Source of the DNA: Planctomycetota bacterium
GTDB taxonomy: Bacteria; Planctomycetota; B15-G4; SIAN01
Assembly (NCBI GenBank): GCA_031409275.1
Contig: JANNXA010000036.1
Coordinates: 32,001-96,000 of the forward strand
Length of the DNA stretch: 64,000 nucleotides
Reading direction: 5' to 3'
The position numbers were made by a program, and so were the translations under genes. This document shows positions 30,047 to 39,155 of this stretch, in pieces. The notes beneath the pieces were generated by a model. That model was not told the DNA's origin, ran no database searches, and saw only the letters and a list, made by a program, of their open reading frames with translations. Within the stretch, counting starts at the first letter, position 1, and every line of letters starts with the position of its first letter.

Positions 30047-30840
30047 TCCGCTTCTTCTCGTTCCTCGGCCGCACGATCGAAGAGGCGGTGCAAGGCACCG
30101 GCAAAACGGTCGAACTGCTGATCGTGGCGTCGCTCTACGTGAGGCACGCCTGGAAGCGCCGCCGCTTCCTGCTCGAGCAGCTCTACACCTGCGGCATTCG
30201 TCCTCTGCCGGTCGTCCTTGTCGTCGCCCTCTTCACCGGGATGATCCTCGCGCTGCAGACGGGCATCGAGCTCGACCGCTTCGGTGCCAAGGACCGGATC
30301 GCCTCGATCATCGGGCTCGGGCTGTGTCGCGAGATGGGCCCGTTCATGACGGCGCTGATCCTGACCGCGAGCGTCGGGTCGGGCATCGCCGCCGAGATCG
30401 CCACGATGAAGGTCTCGGAGGAGATCGACGCCCTCGAGATCATGTCGATCCGACCCGAGTCGTTCCTGGTGATGCCGCGCCTCATCGCCATGGCGATCGC
30501 GACCCCGGTGCTGACGTTCGTCACTGACACGGTCGGCGTCCTCGGCGGCTGCCTCGTCGGCGCCACGCGGCTACGCATCGCGCCCGAGCTCTTTCTGAAG
30601 CACGTGGTCGAATCGCTGTCGCAGGACTTGACGATCTTCGGCTTGCCCAAGGACCTCTACACGGGGCTCGCCAAGGCCTTCGTCTTCGGGATCATCATCG
30701 CGGTGGTCGGCAGCGCGACGGGCCTGCGCGCCACCGGTGGCGCCATCGGGGTCGGCCGCGCCACTCGTAGCGCCGTCATCCAGAGCTTCGTCCTCATCAT
30801 CGTGGTCGGGTACTACCTGACTTCGCTCTTCTACTCGTGA
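30043..30840 (+). CDS. mlaE: MlaE-family ABC permease
   Basis: REMGPFMTAL, GSGIAAEIATMKVSEEIDAL, GGAIGVGRAT. Confidence 0.93.
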   Translation: MIRFFSFLGRTIEEAVQGTGKTVELLIVASLYVRHAWKRRRFLLEQLYTCGIRPLPVVLVVALFTGMILALQTGIELDRFGAKDRIASIIGLGLCREMGPFMTALILTASVGSGIAAEIATMKVSEEIDALEIMSIRPESFLVMPRLIAMAIATPVLTFVTDTVGVLGGCLVGATRLRIAPELFLKHVVESLSQDLTIFGLPKDLYTGLAKAFVFGIIIAVVGSATGLRATGGAIGVGRATRSAVIQSFVLIIVVGYYLTSLFYS

Positions 30841-31655
30841 GCGCGCGCGTGGAACCTCCGTCCGAAGCTGCTGCTCCCCCTGCCTCGGCTGGCACCGACG
30901 AGGTGCTGATCCGCATGGTGGACGTGCACAAGGCGTTCGGACGCAAGCAGGTGCTGCGCGGGATCAACCTCGATGTGCGGCGCGGCGAGACCTTCGTCAT
31001 CCTCGGCCCATCGGGCACCGGCAAGTCGTGCCTGCTCAAGCTGCTGGTCGGGCTGCTCGAGCCGGATGCTGGCGAAGTATGGGTCGGCAAGGAGCGCGTC
31101 GACCACGCCACGCACCGCGTCCTCTGGGAGGTGCGCGGCCGCATCGGCTACCTGTTCCAGTCGAGCGCGCTGATCAACTGGCTCTCGGTCGCCGAGAACG
31201 TCGCCCTTCCGCTCGCGGAGCACACGCGACTGCGCCGGCACGAGATCGATCGGCGCGTGGACGAGTACCTCTCGAAGGTCCACATGCTGCAGTCGAAGTA
31301 CCAGATGCCAGCCGAACTCTCGGGCGGGCAGAAGCGCCGCGTCGCGCTGGCGCGCGTGCTGGCGGGGGCGCCGACCATCATCCTTTACGACGAACCCACC
31401 GCCGGACTCGATCCGGTGATGACGGCGAACATCGCCGCCCTGATCCGCAGCGTGCAGCGCGAGTTCGGCGTCACCTCGATCCTCGTCACCCATGACCTGC
31501 CATGCGCGTGGGAGGCCGGCGATCGCGTCGCCTTCGTCGATGGCGGCACGGTCGTCCACTGCGACTCGACGCAACGGTTCCAGCACAGCAGCCATCCGGC
31601 GCTGCGCAACTTCCTGAGCGGCGGCCGTACCCCCGCATCCGGAGCTCCGCGATGA
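30837..31655 (+). CDS. mlaF: MlaF-family ABC ATPase
   Basis: GPSGTGKS, LFQSSAL, LSGGQKRR, LYDEPTAGLDP, VTHD. Confidence 0.92.
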   Translation: MSARVEPPSEAAAPPASAGTDEVLIRMVDVHKAFGRKQVLRGINLDVRRGETFVILGPSGTGKSCLLKLLVGLLEPDAGEVWVGKERVDHATHRVLWEVRGRIGYLFQSSALINWLSVAENVALPLAEHTRLRRHEIDRRVDEYLSKVHMLQSKYQMPAELSGGQKRRVALARVLAGAPTIILYDEPTAGLDPVMTANIAALIRSVQREFGVTSILVTHDLPCAWEAGDRVAFVDGGTVVHCDSTQRFQHSSHPALRNFLSGGRTPASGAPR

Positions 31656-32824
31656 ACGCGATCCGCCACACGATCCTCGGCCTCTTCTTCTTCGTGACGC
31701 TCGTCGCGCTCGGCTTCATGACGATCTACCTCGGCGACGTCACGACGACCGCGCAGCGCACCACGCTCATCGCCTACTTCGCCAACGTCGAAGGACTTGG
31801 CGCCGGCGATCCGGTGATGGTCTACGGCGTGCAGAGCGGCCGCGTGATCAAGGTCGAGTTCACTCCCGGCAACCCGCCACCGGAACGGCGGCTTCGCGTC
31901 ACCTTCGTGGTCGACGTCCCGGTCGAGCTCAAAGAGGACTACGCCATCGCGATCGGCAGCCCGTCGCTGCTCGGCGGCAAGCAACTCGACCTGATGGCGG
32001 GAATCGGCGCACCGCTGCCGGCCGCCGACGCGCTCGAGCTGAAGGGCGGCGCCGACTCGAACCTGATGCGCCAGTTCGCCGGGCTGCTCGAAGAGAATCG
32101 CGCCGACGTCCGGCGCATCGTGACCAGCGTCGCTCACCTCGTCGAAGACGTCGACGGCGGCAAGCGCTCGATCGTCGAGCTGCTGCTCAACAAGCAGGCG
32201 ACCGACGACCTCACCGCGGGGCTCGCGAGCGCCCGTACGCTGCTTTCGAAGGTCGAGCGCGGCGAAGGGAGCCTCGGGCAGCTGCTGCAATCGACCGAGC
32301 TGCACGATCAGGCGAAGGGGTTCTTCGCCAACGGCGGCCAGCTGCTGGCCGACGCCCGCGAGAAGAACGGACCGCTGCATGCCGCGATCTACGACGAAGC
32401 GCTCACCGCATCGTTGAAGCGCGGGATCGACGGCTTCGCCGCGACCGGCGAGCGCCTCGGCCGCGGAGAAGGCGCGCTCGGCAAGCTCACCACCGGCGCC
32501 TCGGATGCGACGTTCGACGCTGTCGCCGAGATCGTGCGCAAGGTCAACGCCGGTGAAGGCGCGATCGGCAAGCTCTTCTCCGACAAGGAGGTCGAGCAGC
32601 AGGTGACGCAGATCGTCGCGCGCTTCGCGGGCATCAGCAACGATGCGGCGGCGCTGCTCGACGCCGCGCGGCGCGGCCGCGGCGTGCTCGGACTGCTGGT
32701 TTCCGACGACGAGGCGCGCCGCAACGTGGAGCGCATCCTCGATCAGATCGCCCGCGCCGTCGAGGACGCACGCGAGGCGGCTCCCGTCTCCAGCGTGGCA
32801 TCGTTCCTCTTCGGCCAGCTGTAG
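31652..32824 (+). CDS. MCE/MlaD protein with long helical C-terminal region
   Basis: N-terminal TM, FANVEGL..GDPV..GV..GRV, SLLGGKQLDL; repeated GEGxLGxL. Confidence 0.88.
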   Translation: MNAIRHTILGLFFFVTLVALGFMTIYLGDVTTTAQRTTLIAYFANVEGLGAGDPVMVYGVQSGRVIKVEFTPGNPPPERRLRVTFVVDVPVELKEDYAIAIGSPSLLGGKQLDLMAGIGAPLPAADALELKGGADSNLMRQFAGLLEENRADVRRIVTSVAHLVEDVDGGKRSIVELLLNKQATDDLTAGLASARTLLSKVERGEGSLGQLLQSTELHDQAKGFFANGGQLLADAREKNGPLHAAIYDEALTASLKRGIDGFAATGERLGRGEGALGKLTTGASDATFDAVAEIVRKVNAGEGAIGKLFSDKEVEQQVTQIVARFAGISNDAAALLDAARRGRGVLGLLVSDDEARRNVERILDQIARAVEDAREAAPVSSVASFLFGQL

Positions 32825-32842
32825 GACGTCGAACGGCGCGCC

Positions 32843-33595
32843 TCAGCGGCGCGCAGCAGCGATCCCAGCCGCGGCGAAGAGCGACACGCCAAACGGCAGA
32901 TTCACCCAGTCCATGAGGCCGATCTCGGCGCGCATGACGCCGTAGAGCAGCGTTTCGAGCGGACGCGGCAGCTTCAGGAAGAAGTCGGACGTCGCTGGCT
33001 CCTTGCCCGCGGCGGCACCGCGCAGCTTTCGCAACGCCCAGACCGGCGGCAGCACGGCGCTCGAGTAGTACGACAGCTTCTGCAGCGCGAGCCCGCCAGC
33101 GACGAGCTTGCGCCCGAGTTCTCCGCGCGTGTAGCGGCGGAAATGGTGGAACGCCACGTCGTGCTGGCTCCACAGGAACTGATAGGCCGGCACCGTGACC
33201 AGCAGCAGCGCGTCGTCGCGCGCGACGCGCCGCATCTCGGCGATCCCGGCCGCGTCGTCCGGCAGATGCTCGAGCGCGTCGAGCGCCATGACGACGTCGA
33301 AGCTCCGCTCCTTGAAGGGCAGCTTCATGGCATCGCACTGCACGATGCGATCGATGCCGCGCCGCTTGCACAGTCGGATCGTCTCGGCGCTGATGTCGAC
33401 GCCACGAAGGTTCCCGAAGGCCGTGAAGTGGCGAAACGACATGCCTGCGGCGCACGCGATGTCGAGGATCTCGAGCGGCCGCCCCAGCTGCGCGCGACGG
33501 CGCTCCAGCCACTTCGCCACGAGGGCGCGGCGCGCTCGGTACCACCAGTTGGCGTCCTCGACCTCGAGGATCTTGTCGAACTCGGCCGCTTCCAC
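32843..33595 (-). CDS. Class I SAM-dependent methyltransferase
   Basis: GTG start; WWYRARR, ILDIACAAG, DALEHL, TVPAYQFLWSQHD, HFRRY. Confidence 0.88.
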   Translation of the reverse strand: MEAAEFDKILEVEDANWWYRARRALVAKWLERRRAQLGRPLEILDIACAAGMSFRHFTAFGNLRGVDISAETIRLCKRRGIDRIVQCDAMKLPFKERSFDVVMALDALEHLPDDAAGIAEMRRVARDDALLLVTVPAYQFLWSQHDVAFHHFRRYTRGELGRKLVAGGLALQKLSYYSSAVLPPVWALRKLRGAAAGKEPATSDFFLKLPRPLETLLYGVMRAEIGLMDWVNLPFGVSLFAAAGIAAARR

Positions 33596-33621
33596 GTCGC
33601 CCCTCTCCGCCCGCTTCGCGC

Positions 33622-34602
33622 CTACGTCTCGCGGCGCACGCGCGGGATCAAGAGCATGCCGAGCGCGAGCACGCCGATCACCCCCGCGACCAGCCAAGGA
33701 GCCCCCGGCCGCGCCGCGACGAACAAGCGCGGCACCGCCAACAGCGAGCAGAACAGCTGCACGACAGCCAACAGCAGCACCGCACTCCGCTCGCTCATCC
33801 CGAGCGCCTGCAGCCGATGCGTCGAGTGGCGGCGATCGCCGCGCCACGGGGCAATTCCGGCGCGCATCCGCAGCAGCGCGACGCTCGCAAGATCGGCGAG
33901 CGGAACGGCCGCCAGCAGCAGCCACTCGGGGCGTCCGCTGCTGATCAACACCGTCGCGAAACAGCCGCCGAGCAGCAGGCTCCCGCCGTCGCCCATGAAG
34001 ACGCGACCCGCGGGATAGTTGAGCAGGAGGAAACCGAGGCTGCTGCCCGCCACCACGCCGCCGAAGAGCGCCGCCGCGCCGTGGCCGGCCACGATCGCCG
34101 CCGCGCAGGCGCAGCCGCCGCCAATCGCCGCGACGAGGCCGCACAGCCCATTCGCGTGGTCGATCGTGTTGGTGGCGTGGAGCGCCGCGAACGCCGCAGC
34201 AACGGCCACGAGCATGCGCGGATCGAGTCCAGCCGGGTGGATCCGCATCGCCGGCAGGAAGGCGATCAGCGTCGCCGCTGCCTTGACGGCGGGCGTCAAG
34301 CCGCGCAACCGCGCGTCGTCGACCACGCCGACGATGAAGCAAAGCAGCGGCACCATCAGCACGAGCGCGTCGCCGGAAGCGAGCCGCGTTCCGCCGATGC
34401 GCGTCCCGGCGACGCCGCCGGCCAGGACGCCCGCCAGCAAGGCGCCGCCGACCAGCGGCACCGCTTGCCGCTGCAACTTGCGGCCGCCGGGCGGGTCGAC
34501 GAGTCCAAGATGACGTGCGCCGCGAATCAGCATCAGCGACATGCCGAACGAGACGACTGCCGCCGCCAGTGCCGCACCGATCACCTCGGGCAGCAGATTC
34601 AC
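33622..34602 (-). CDS. MraY/WecA/TagO-family polyprenyl-phosphate sugar-1-phosphate transferase
   Basis: VDPPGGRKLQ, VPLVGG, VGVVDD, NYPAGRVFMGDGGS, multiple TMs. Confidence 0.88.
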   Translation of the reverse strand: MNLLPEVIGAALAAAVVSFGMSLMLIRGARHLGLVDPPGGRKLQRQAVPLVGGALLAGVLAGGVAGTRIGGTRLASGDALVLMVPLLCFIVGVVDDARLRGLTPAVKAAATLIAFLPAMRIHPAGLDPRMLVAVAAAFAALHATNTIDHANGLCGLVAAIGGGCACAAAIVAGHGAAALFGGVVAGSSLGFLLLNYPAGRVFMGDGGSLLLGGCFATVLISSGRPEWLLLAAVPLADLASVALLRMRAGIAPWRGDRRHSTHRLQALGMSERSAVLLLAVVQLFCSLLAVPRLFVAARPGAPWLVAGVIGVLALGMLLIPRVRRET

Positions 34603-35747
34603 GCGGCTCGCACCGGACCGGCCAGCGTCCGCTCGTAGAGCGCAAGCAGGCGTGCCGCGTGCTGATCGGGGGCGAGCCCGCGCAACGGCGGCGGCGTCGA
34701 GGCGGGCGCCAGGGGTCGATCGAGCAGTTCGAGGATCGCCTCGCTCGCGGCGGCGAGCGCGCGCGGCGGCACCAGCCGTCCGTCGATGCCGTCGCGCACG
34801 AGGTCGGCCACACCGCCGACGTCGGTCGCCACGACCGGCACGCCGAGCGCGGTCGCCTCGAGCAGCGACAACGGCAGCCCCTCCTGATCGGAAAGGAGCA
34901 GTTCGAGGTCGAGGGCGAGATGCCAGCCACGCACGTCGGCCTGCCAGCCGACGAAACGAACGCCCTCGGAAAGGCCGCGGCGCGCGACCTCGGCGAGGAA
35001 GCGCTCGCGGCCATCCCCGTCCCCGATCCAGACGAAGCGCGCGTCGGGTCGCTGCGACCGCACGCGCGCCGCGACGTCGAGGAAGAACCCCGGCGCCTTC
35101 ACCTTGGTCAAGCGCGCCAGCGTTCCGATCCACGGCCCGACCGCCGGCAGCAACCGCGCGCGCGCCTCGGCCCGCTCCGCCGGCGTCGGCGGCTGCGCCA
35201 GCTCGGGAAGCAGCACTCCCGGCAACACCTCGACGCGCGAGCGCTCCGCCACGTGCCACACATCGCAGAGGTCATCGCGCACGCGCTCGCTCACCGCCAG
35301 GACGAGGTCCGTTCGACGCGCGAGGCGGCGCTCGACGTGAGCGAGCCAATGGCCAAGCGGCGGCATGAACGCGCCACGGAAGAGGTGGCCATGGAACGTG
35401 TGCACGCGTCGAATCGTGGTGGCGAGCTTCGCGGTTCGCGCCAACCACCCGGCCTTGAAGGTGTGGCTGTGGAGCAGGTCGGGACGGAAGCCCGCGACGT
35501 GACGCTCGAGCGCCTGGCGCGCGACGCGGTCGGCGAACGGGTGAAGGGAACGGCGGAGGCCGGGCAGCCGCTCGACGCGCACGCCGGCGGCGCGGAACGA
35601 CTCGGTGAGGTCCTCTTCACCCGGCTCGGGCGCGCCGGTCAGCAACAAGCTCTCGACCCCGCGGGCGCGCAGCTCCGGCAACACTGCCAACAACGTGCGC
35701 GCCGGCCCCCCGCGGTTCAGACGGGTGATGACGCGGGCGACGCGCAA
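34599..35747 (-). CDS. GT4 (GT-B) glycosyltransferase
   Basis: ITRLNRGGP, HSHTFKAG, HTFHGH, EGLPLSLLEA, ATDVGG. Confidence 0.92.
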   Translation of the reverse strand: MRVARVITRLNRGGPARTLLAVLPELRARGVESLLLTGAPEPGEEDLTESFRAAGVRVERLPGLRRSLHPFADRVARQALERHVAGFRPDLLHSHTFKAGWLARTAKLATTIRRVHTFHGHLFRGAFMPPLGHWLAHVERRLARRTDLVLAVSERVRDDLCDVWHVAERSRVEVLPGVLLPELAQPPTPAERAEARARLLPAVGPWIGTLARLTKVKAPGFFLDVAARVRSQRPDARFVWIGDGDGRERFLAEVARRGLSEGVRFVGWQADVRGWHLALDLELLLSDQEGLPLSLLEATALGVPVVATDVGGVADLVRDGIDGRLVPPRALAAASEAILELLDRPLAPASTPPPLRGLAPDQHAARLLALYERTLAGPVRAA

Positions 35748-35898
35748 GGCGACGAGCTCCTCGCAGGGGTGGGTTCAGAGCGACCGGCGTGCCGCCCTCG
35801 AACCGAGCGGGGCGCTATGCTACGCCGCCTTCGCGGTCCGGCGACGCGCCCACCAGAGACGAGCGCCGACCGCCTCAGCTTCCCGAGCGCCTCCATCC

Positions 35899-36030
35899 AT
35901 GCTGCTGCTGCTTCTGCCGTCGGGTTCGGACCACCACGCCGCCGGCAATCCCTTCACCGAGCTGATCCTGGTGTCGCTGTTGCTGACGGTGTTCTGGGGC
36001 CTCTACCGGATCACCGCGAAGAAGAGCTGA
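35899..36030 (+). CDS. Possible small single-TM protein (43 aa)
   Basis: MLLLLLPSGSDHHAAGNPFTELILVSLLLTVFWGLYRITAKKS; GC-ending codons; TATGCT upstream at 35816. Confidence 0.35.
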   Translation: MLLLLLPSGSDHHAAGNPFTELILVSLLLTVFWGLYRITAKKS

Positions 36031-37078
36031 CGCGCGCGGCGTCACGGCGGTGCCACAGTTCCTCCAGCAACGGTGCCCCGCCGTCGACGCGATCGACCTC
36101 CTGCTCCAGCACGGCGTAGCGCGGCGCGCCATCGACGGCGAGCTCGTCGAGTTTCACCGCGTCTTTCGCCGTCACCACCACCTGCGCTTCGTGGCGTGCC
36201 GCCAACTGCGTCGCAGCCGCGAGATCAGCGGCGACGAAGCGGTGGTGGTCGGGGTGAAGCTGGTCGGCGACGACGTTCGCGCCGAGCGCCTTCAGGGTGC
36301 GGCGCACGCTGCCCGGGTCGCCGACGCCGGTGCACAGCACGACCGCGCGTCCCGCCAGCAAGGTCGGCGCGTGGCGGACCCCGCCGACGCGGACTGCCGC
36401 GATCGTGAAGTAGAGCGCGGCAAAGCGGGCGCGTGGCGCTTGACGCAGGATCGCGGAGCGCGCCTCCGCAAGCGTCGACGCCTCGACCTGCTCGCAGCGC
36501 GTCGCCACCAGCCAATCGGCGCGCGCGAGCGCCGCCGGCGACTCGCGCAACGGCCCCGCGGGCAGCAAGCGGCCGTTTCCAAATGGCGAGCCCGCATCGA
36601 CGAGCACGACGTCGACGTCGCGCTCCAACCGTTCGTGCTGGAAGCCGTCGTCCAGCAGGACGAAGTCGCACGGCGCGAGGGCGAGCGCCGCTCGCGCCGC
36701 GCGGGCTCGATCGGGGTCCTGCACCACGCGCACCTGCGGCTGCCGCTGCGCAAGCCAGCGTCCCTCGTCATTCAACGCCGCGCCGCGCGCGCGTCGATAG
36801 CCGCGACCCAGCACCATCACGGTCGCGCCGCGCGCGGTCAATTCACTCGCGAGCCACGCCGTGAAAGGCGTCTTGCCGACGCCGCCGACCGCGAGATTGC
36901 CGATGCTCACGACGACCGCGGAAAGGCGGACTCGCCGTCGCAGCCCGGTCCGGTAGAGCGCGCGATGGAGCGCACGGCCACACGCGTAGAGGCCGCTCGC
37001 GGCGCCGAGCAGCGGGCGCACGGGCCATCCCGGCTCTGCACCGTTCCAAAGCGATTCGAAGTAGCGATCCGCCGCCAT
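36011..37078 (-). CDS. lpxK: Tetraacyldisaccharide 4'-kinase
   Basis: SIGNLAVGGVGKTP, RGY, NDE, LDDGFQH, LLPAGPLRE, PDHH, TAKDAVKL. Confidence 0.95.
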   Translation of the reverse strand: MAADRYFESLWNGAEPGWPVRPLLGAASGLYACGRALHRALYRTGLRRRVRLSAVVVSIGNLAVGGVGKTPFTAWLASELTARGATVMVLGRGYRRARGAALNDEGRWLAQRQPQVRVVQDPDRARAARAALALAPCDFVLLDDGFQHERLERDVDVVLVDAGSPFGNGRLLPAGPLRESPAALARADWLVATRCEQVEASTLAEARSAILRQAPRARFAALYFTIAAVRVGGVRHAPTLLAGRAVVLCTGVGDPGSVRRTLKALGANVVADQLHPDHHRFVAADLAAATQLAARHEAQVVVTAKDAVKLDELAVDGAPRYAVLEQEVDRVDGGAPLLEELWHRRDAARVSSSSR

Positions 37079-37119
37079 TGCGGCGTGACGTTAGCGACGC
37101 CCGTTGCGGCCGCGCGCGC

Positions 37120-38004
37120 TCAGCGATCGGTGGCGCCGTCCTTCGCGCGCTCGCCCTTCGGCTTCGGGTCGACGCCTGCAGGTGGCACGCGCTCTTTCGC
37201 TGGAACGGGTTCCGCGGACTTCGGATCGGGCGCGCGAACCCGTGGCGCGGCGCTCTTGCCGTCCGCCGCAGCCTGCGCGACGCGGCGCTGCTCTTCGACC
37301 GTCCAATCGAGGAAGAGCGGCTCCCACTGGTCGTAGACCGCGAGGAACCGCGCTTCGCGTTCGTCGGGGAATGCGCCGACCACCGTGCGTCGCCACTCGA
37401 TCTGGCGCTTCCGTTCAGGAGTCCATCCGAGCGCGGGAGCGAATTCGTCGAGGAGCGAAAGCTTGGAGGTGACGAGATCCTTGGCCGGGGCAGCGGGCTC
37501 GCCCTCCGCTTCGATCGGGGGCACCGGCGGCGCCACGTCGCCGAGCGTTGGACCCTCGAGCGCCTCGACACCGCGGCCGCGCACGAGGCGCGCGCTGGCG
37601 TACTCGTTCTCCATGACGCGCACCCCGGCGGAGTCGAGGATGTCGCGCACTTCGAGCTTCTGGACATCGCGCCAACGCAGCGAAATCTCGCCATCGAGCC
37701 CGTCGACGAAGCGCAGTTTGAAGCGCTGGTCGAGCGCGTAGGGCGTCTGCGTGTGGTGCTGGCCCGCATGGACGATCGCGTGGAATGCGTTGTCGCGGCA
37801 GACGACGCCCGCGAAACGGCGACCGCTCTTCATGCGCGCGCTGACTCGGTAGCTCGGGATGTCCGGTGGCCGCGGTCGCGGCGTCGGGATCACCAGCGGC
37901 GCACGCGCCGCAACTGCCGCGGGTCCGTTCGGCGGCGCAAGATCGACCGGGCCCGCCCCACCGGCTTGCGCAAAGAGCAGTACGACAGCAGCGAGTGGGG
38001 TCAT
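37120..38004 (-). CDS. Hypothetical exported protein
   Basis: Signal-like MTPLAAVVLLFAQA; fills the gap between parA and lpxK on the same strand. Confidence 0.6.
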   Translation of the reverse strand: MTPLAAVVLLFAQAGGAGPVDLAPPNGPAAVAARAPLVIPTPRPRPPDIPSYRVSARMKSGRRFAGVVCRDNAFHAIVHAGQHHTQTPYALDQRFKLRFVDGLDGEISLRWRDVQKLEVRDILDSAGVRVMENEYASARLVRGRGVEALEGPTLGDVAPPVPPIEAEGEPAAPAKDLVTSKLSLLDEFAPALGWTPERKRQIEWRRTVVGAFPDEREARFLAVYDQWEPLFLDWTVEEQRRVAQAAADGKSAAPRVRAPDPKSAEPVPAKERVPPAGVDPKPKGERAKDGATDR

Positions 38005-38107
38005 CGACGCGTTCCTCGAGGGGGGAGCCTCTCTCCCATCGAGTCGCGCCGGGCCCCAGATGAGGGCCGTTTTGCCGCAGGCGATCGGGAACGTTTTTCC
38101 GATGCGC

Positions 38108-38959
38108 TCAGTTGGCGGAGGCGGACGGCGGCCGCGGCGGTGCGCCGGGCGCCGTCGCACCGGCCGGCGCAGCCGTCGGCACCGCCGCGCTCGATTCCCA
38201 GTGGGCGGCGATCTCGGCGGCCAACGACGAGTAGTCCTTCGCCCCGTGCGAAGCGGGGTCGTAGGCGAAGACCGTCTGGCCGTGGCTCGACGCCTCGGCG
38301 AGTCGGACGTTCTGTCGGATGGTCGCCTTGAAGACGTGGGTGCCGAAGTGGCCGCGCGCCTCCTCCTCCACTTCGCGAGCCAGTCGCGTGGTCGCCTGCA
38401 TGCGGCACAACACGATGCCCAGAAGCTGCGGGCCGCGCTTCAGTCGCCGACGGAGCTTCTCCATCACGTCGGTGAGCCGGCTGATGCCGTGCAACGCGAA
38501 GAACTCCGCCTGCAAAGGAATCAGGACCTCATCGGCGGCCGTCAGTCCATTCAGCGAGAGCAGTCCCAACGAAGGCGGGCAATCGATCAGCACGAGGTCG
38601 AAACGGTCAAGCTGCGCAAGCTCGGCCAACGCGTTGCGCAAGATCGTCTCGCGACCGATCTCGCCCGCGAGCTCCAGCTCGGCGCTGGCGAGATCGATGT
38701 GCGCTGGCAGGAGAGCGAGCCGTTCGGTCGCGGTCGGCGCAATCGCCTGTTCGAGCGGCAGCCCTTCGACGAGCACTTCGTAGATCGATGGCTTGCCGGA
38801 GTTGATGTCGTGATCGAGGTGAAGCGAGAGGTGCGCCTGCGGGTCGAGGTCGATCACCAGCACGCGTTGGCCGCGCAGCGCGAAAGCTGCGCCCAGGTTG
38901 CAGGTGGTCGTCGTCTTGCCGACGCCACCCTTCTGGTTCATGACCGCCACGACTCGCAT
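38108..38959 (-). CDS. ParA/Soj-family ATPase (no adjacent parB)
   Basis: NQKGGVGKTT, IDLDPQ, IDCPPSLGLL, PLQAEF, IRQNVRLAEA. Confidence 0.95.
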   Translation of the reverse strand: MRVVAVMNQKGGVGKTTTTCNLGAAFALRGQRVLVIDLDPQAHLSLHLDHDINSGKPSIYEVLVEGLPLEQAIAPTATERLALLPAHIDLASAELELAGEIGRETILRNALAELAQLDRFDLVLIDCPPSLGLLSLNGLTAADEVLIPLQAEFFALHGISRLTDVMEKLRRRLKRGPQLLGIVLCRMQATTRLAREVEEEARGHFGTHVFKATIRQNVRLAEASSHGQTVFAYDPASHGAKDYSSLAAEIAAHWESSAAVPTAAPAGATAPGAPPRPPSASAN

Positions 38960-39009
38960 GCATCGCCCTCCGCCACGAAGCGCGGGAGTGTAGCCCGAGT
39001 GAGCCAGCA

Positions 39010-39051
39010 AACAGGAGCGGCGAACAGGAGCCGCGAACAGGAGCGGCGAAC
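39010..39051. repeat. Three tandem 13-bp repeats AACAGGAGC(G/C)GCG
   Basis: 39010-39022, 39023-39035, 39036-39048, then AAC. Confidence 0.9.
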
Positions 39052-39155
39052 GCGATCAGGGTCAGCGATCGGGATCGGGGAGTGGGATCGGCGACCGCGG
39101 GAGGACGCAGCGCAAGGAGCCTCGGAGAGGCGGCGCGGAAGCGCTCTTGGCCCTG

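Noticed and set aside
33596..35259. Long extensions on the methyltransferase and WecA-like ORFs (similarly pepA, dtd, mlaE, exbB)
   Set aside because: Stop-free alternative frames overlapping the upstream genes; Arg/Ala/Pro-rich and motif-free.
39010..39051. Tandem repeats as a CRISPR array
   Set aside because: 13-bp units with no spacers and no cas genes.
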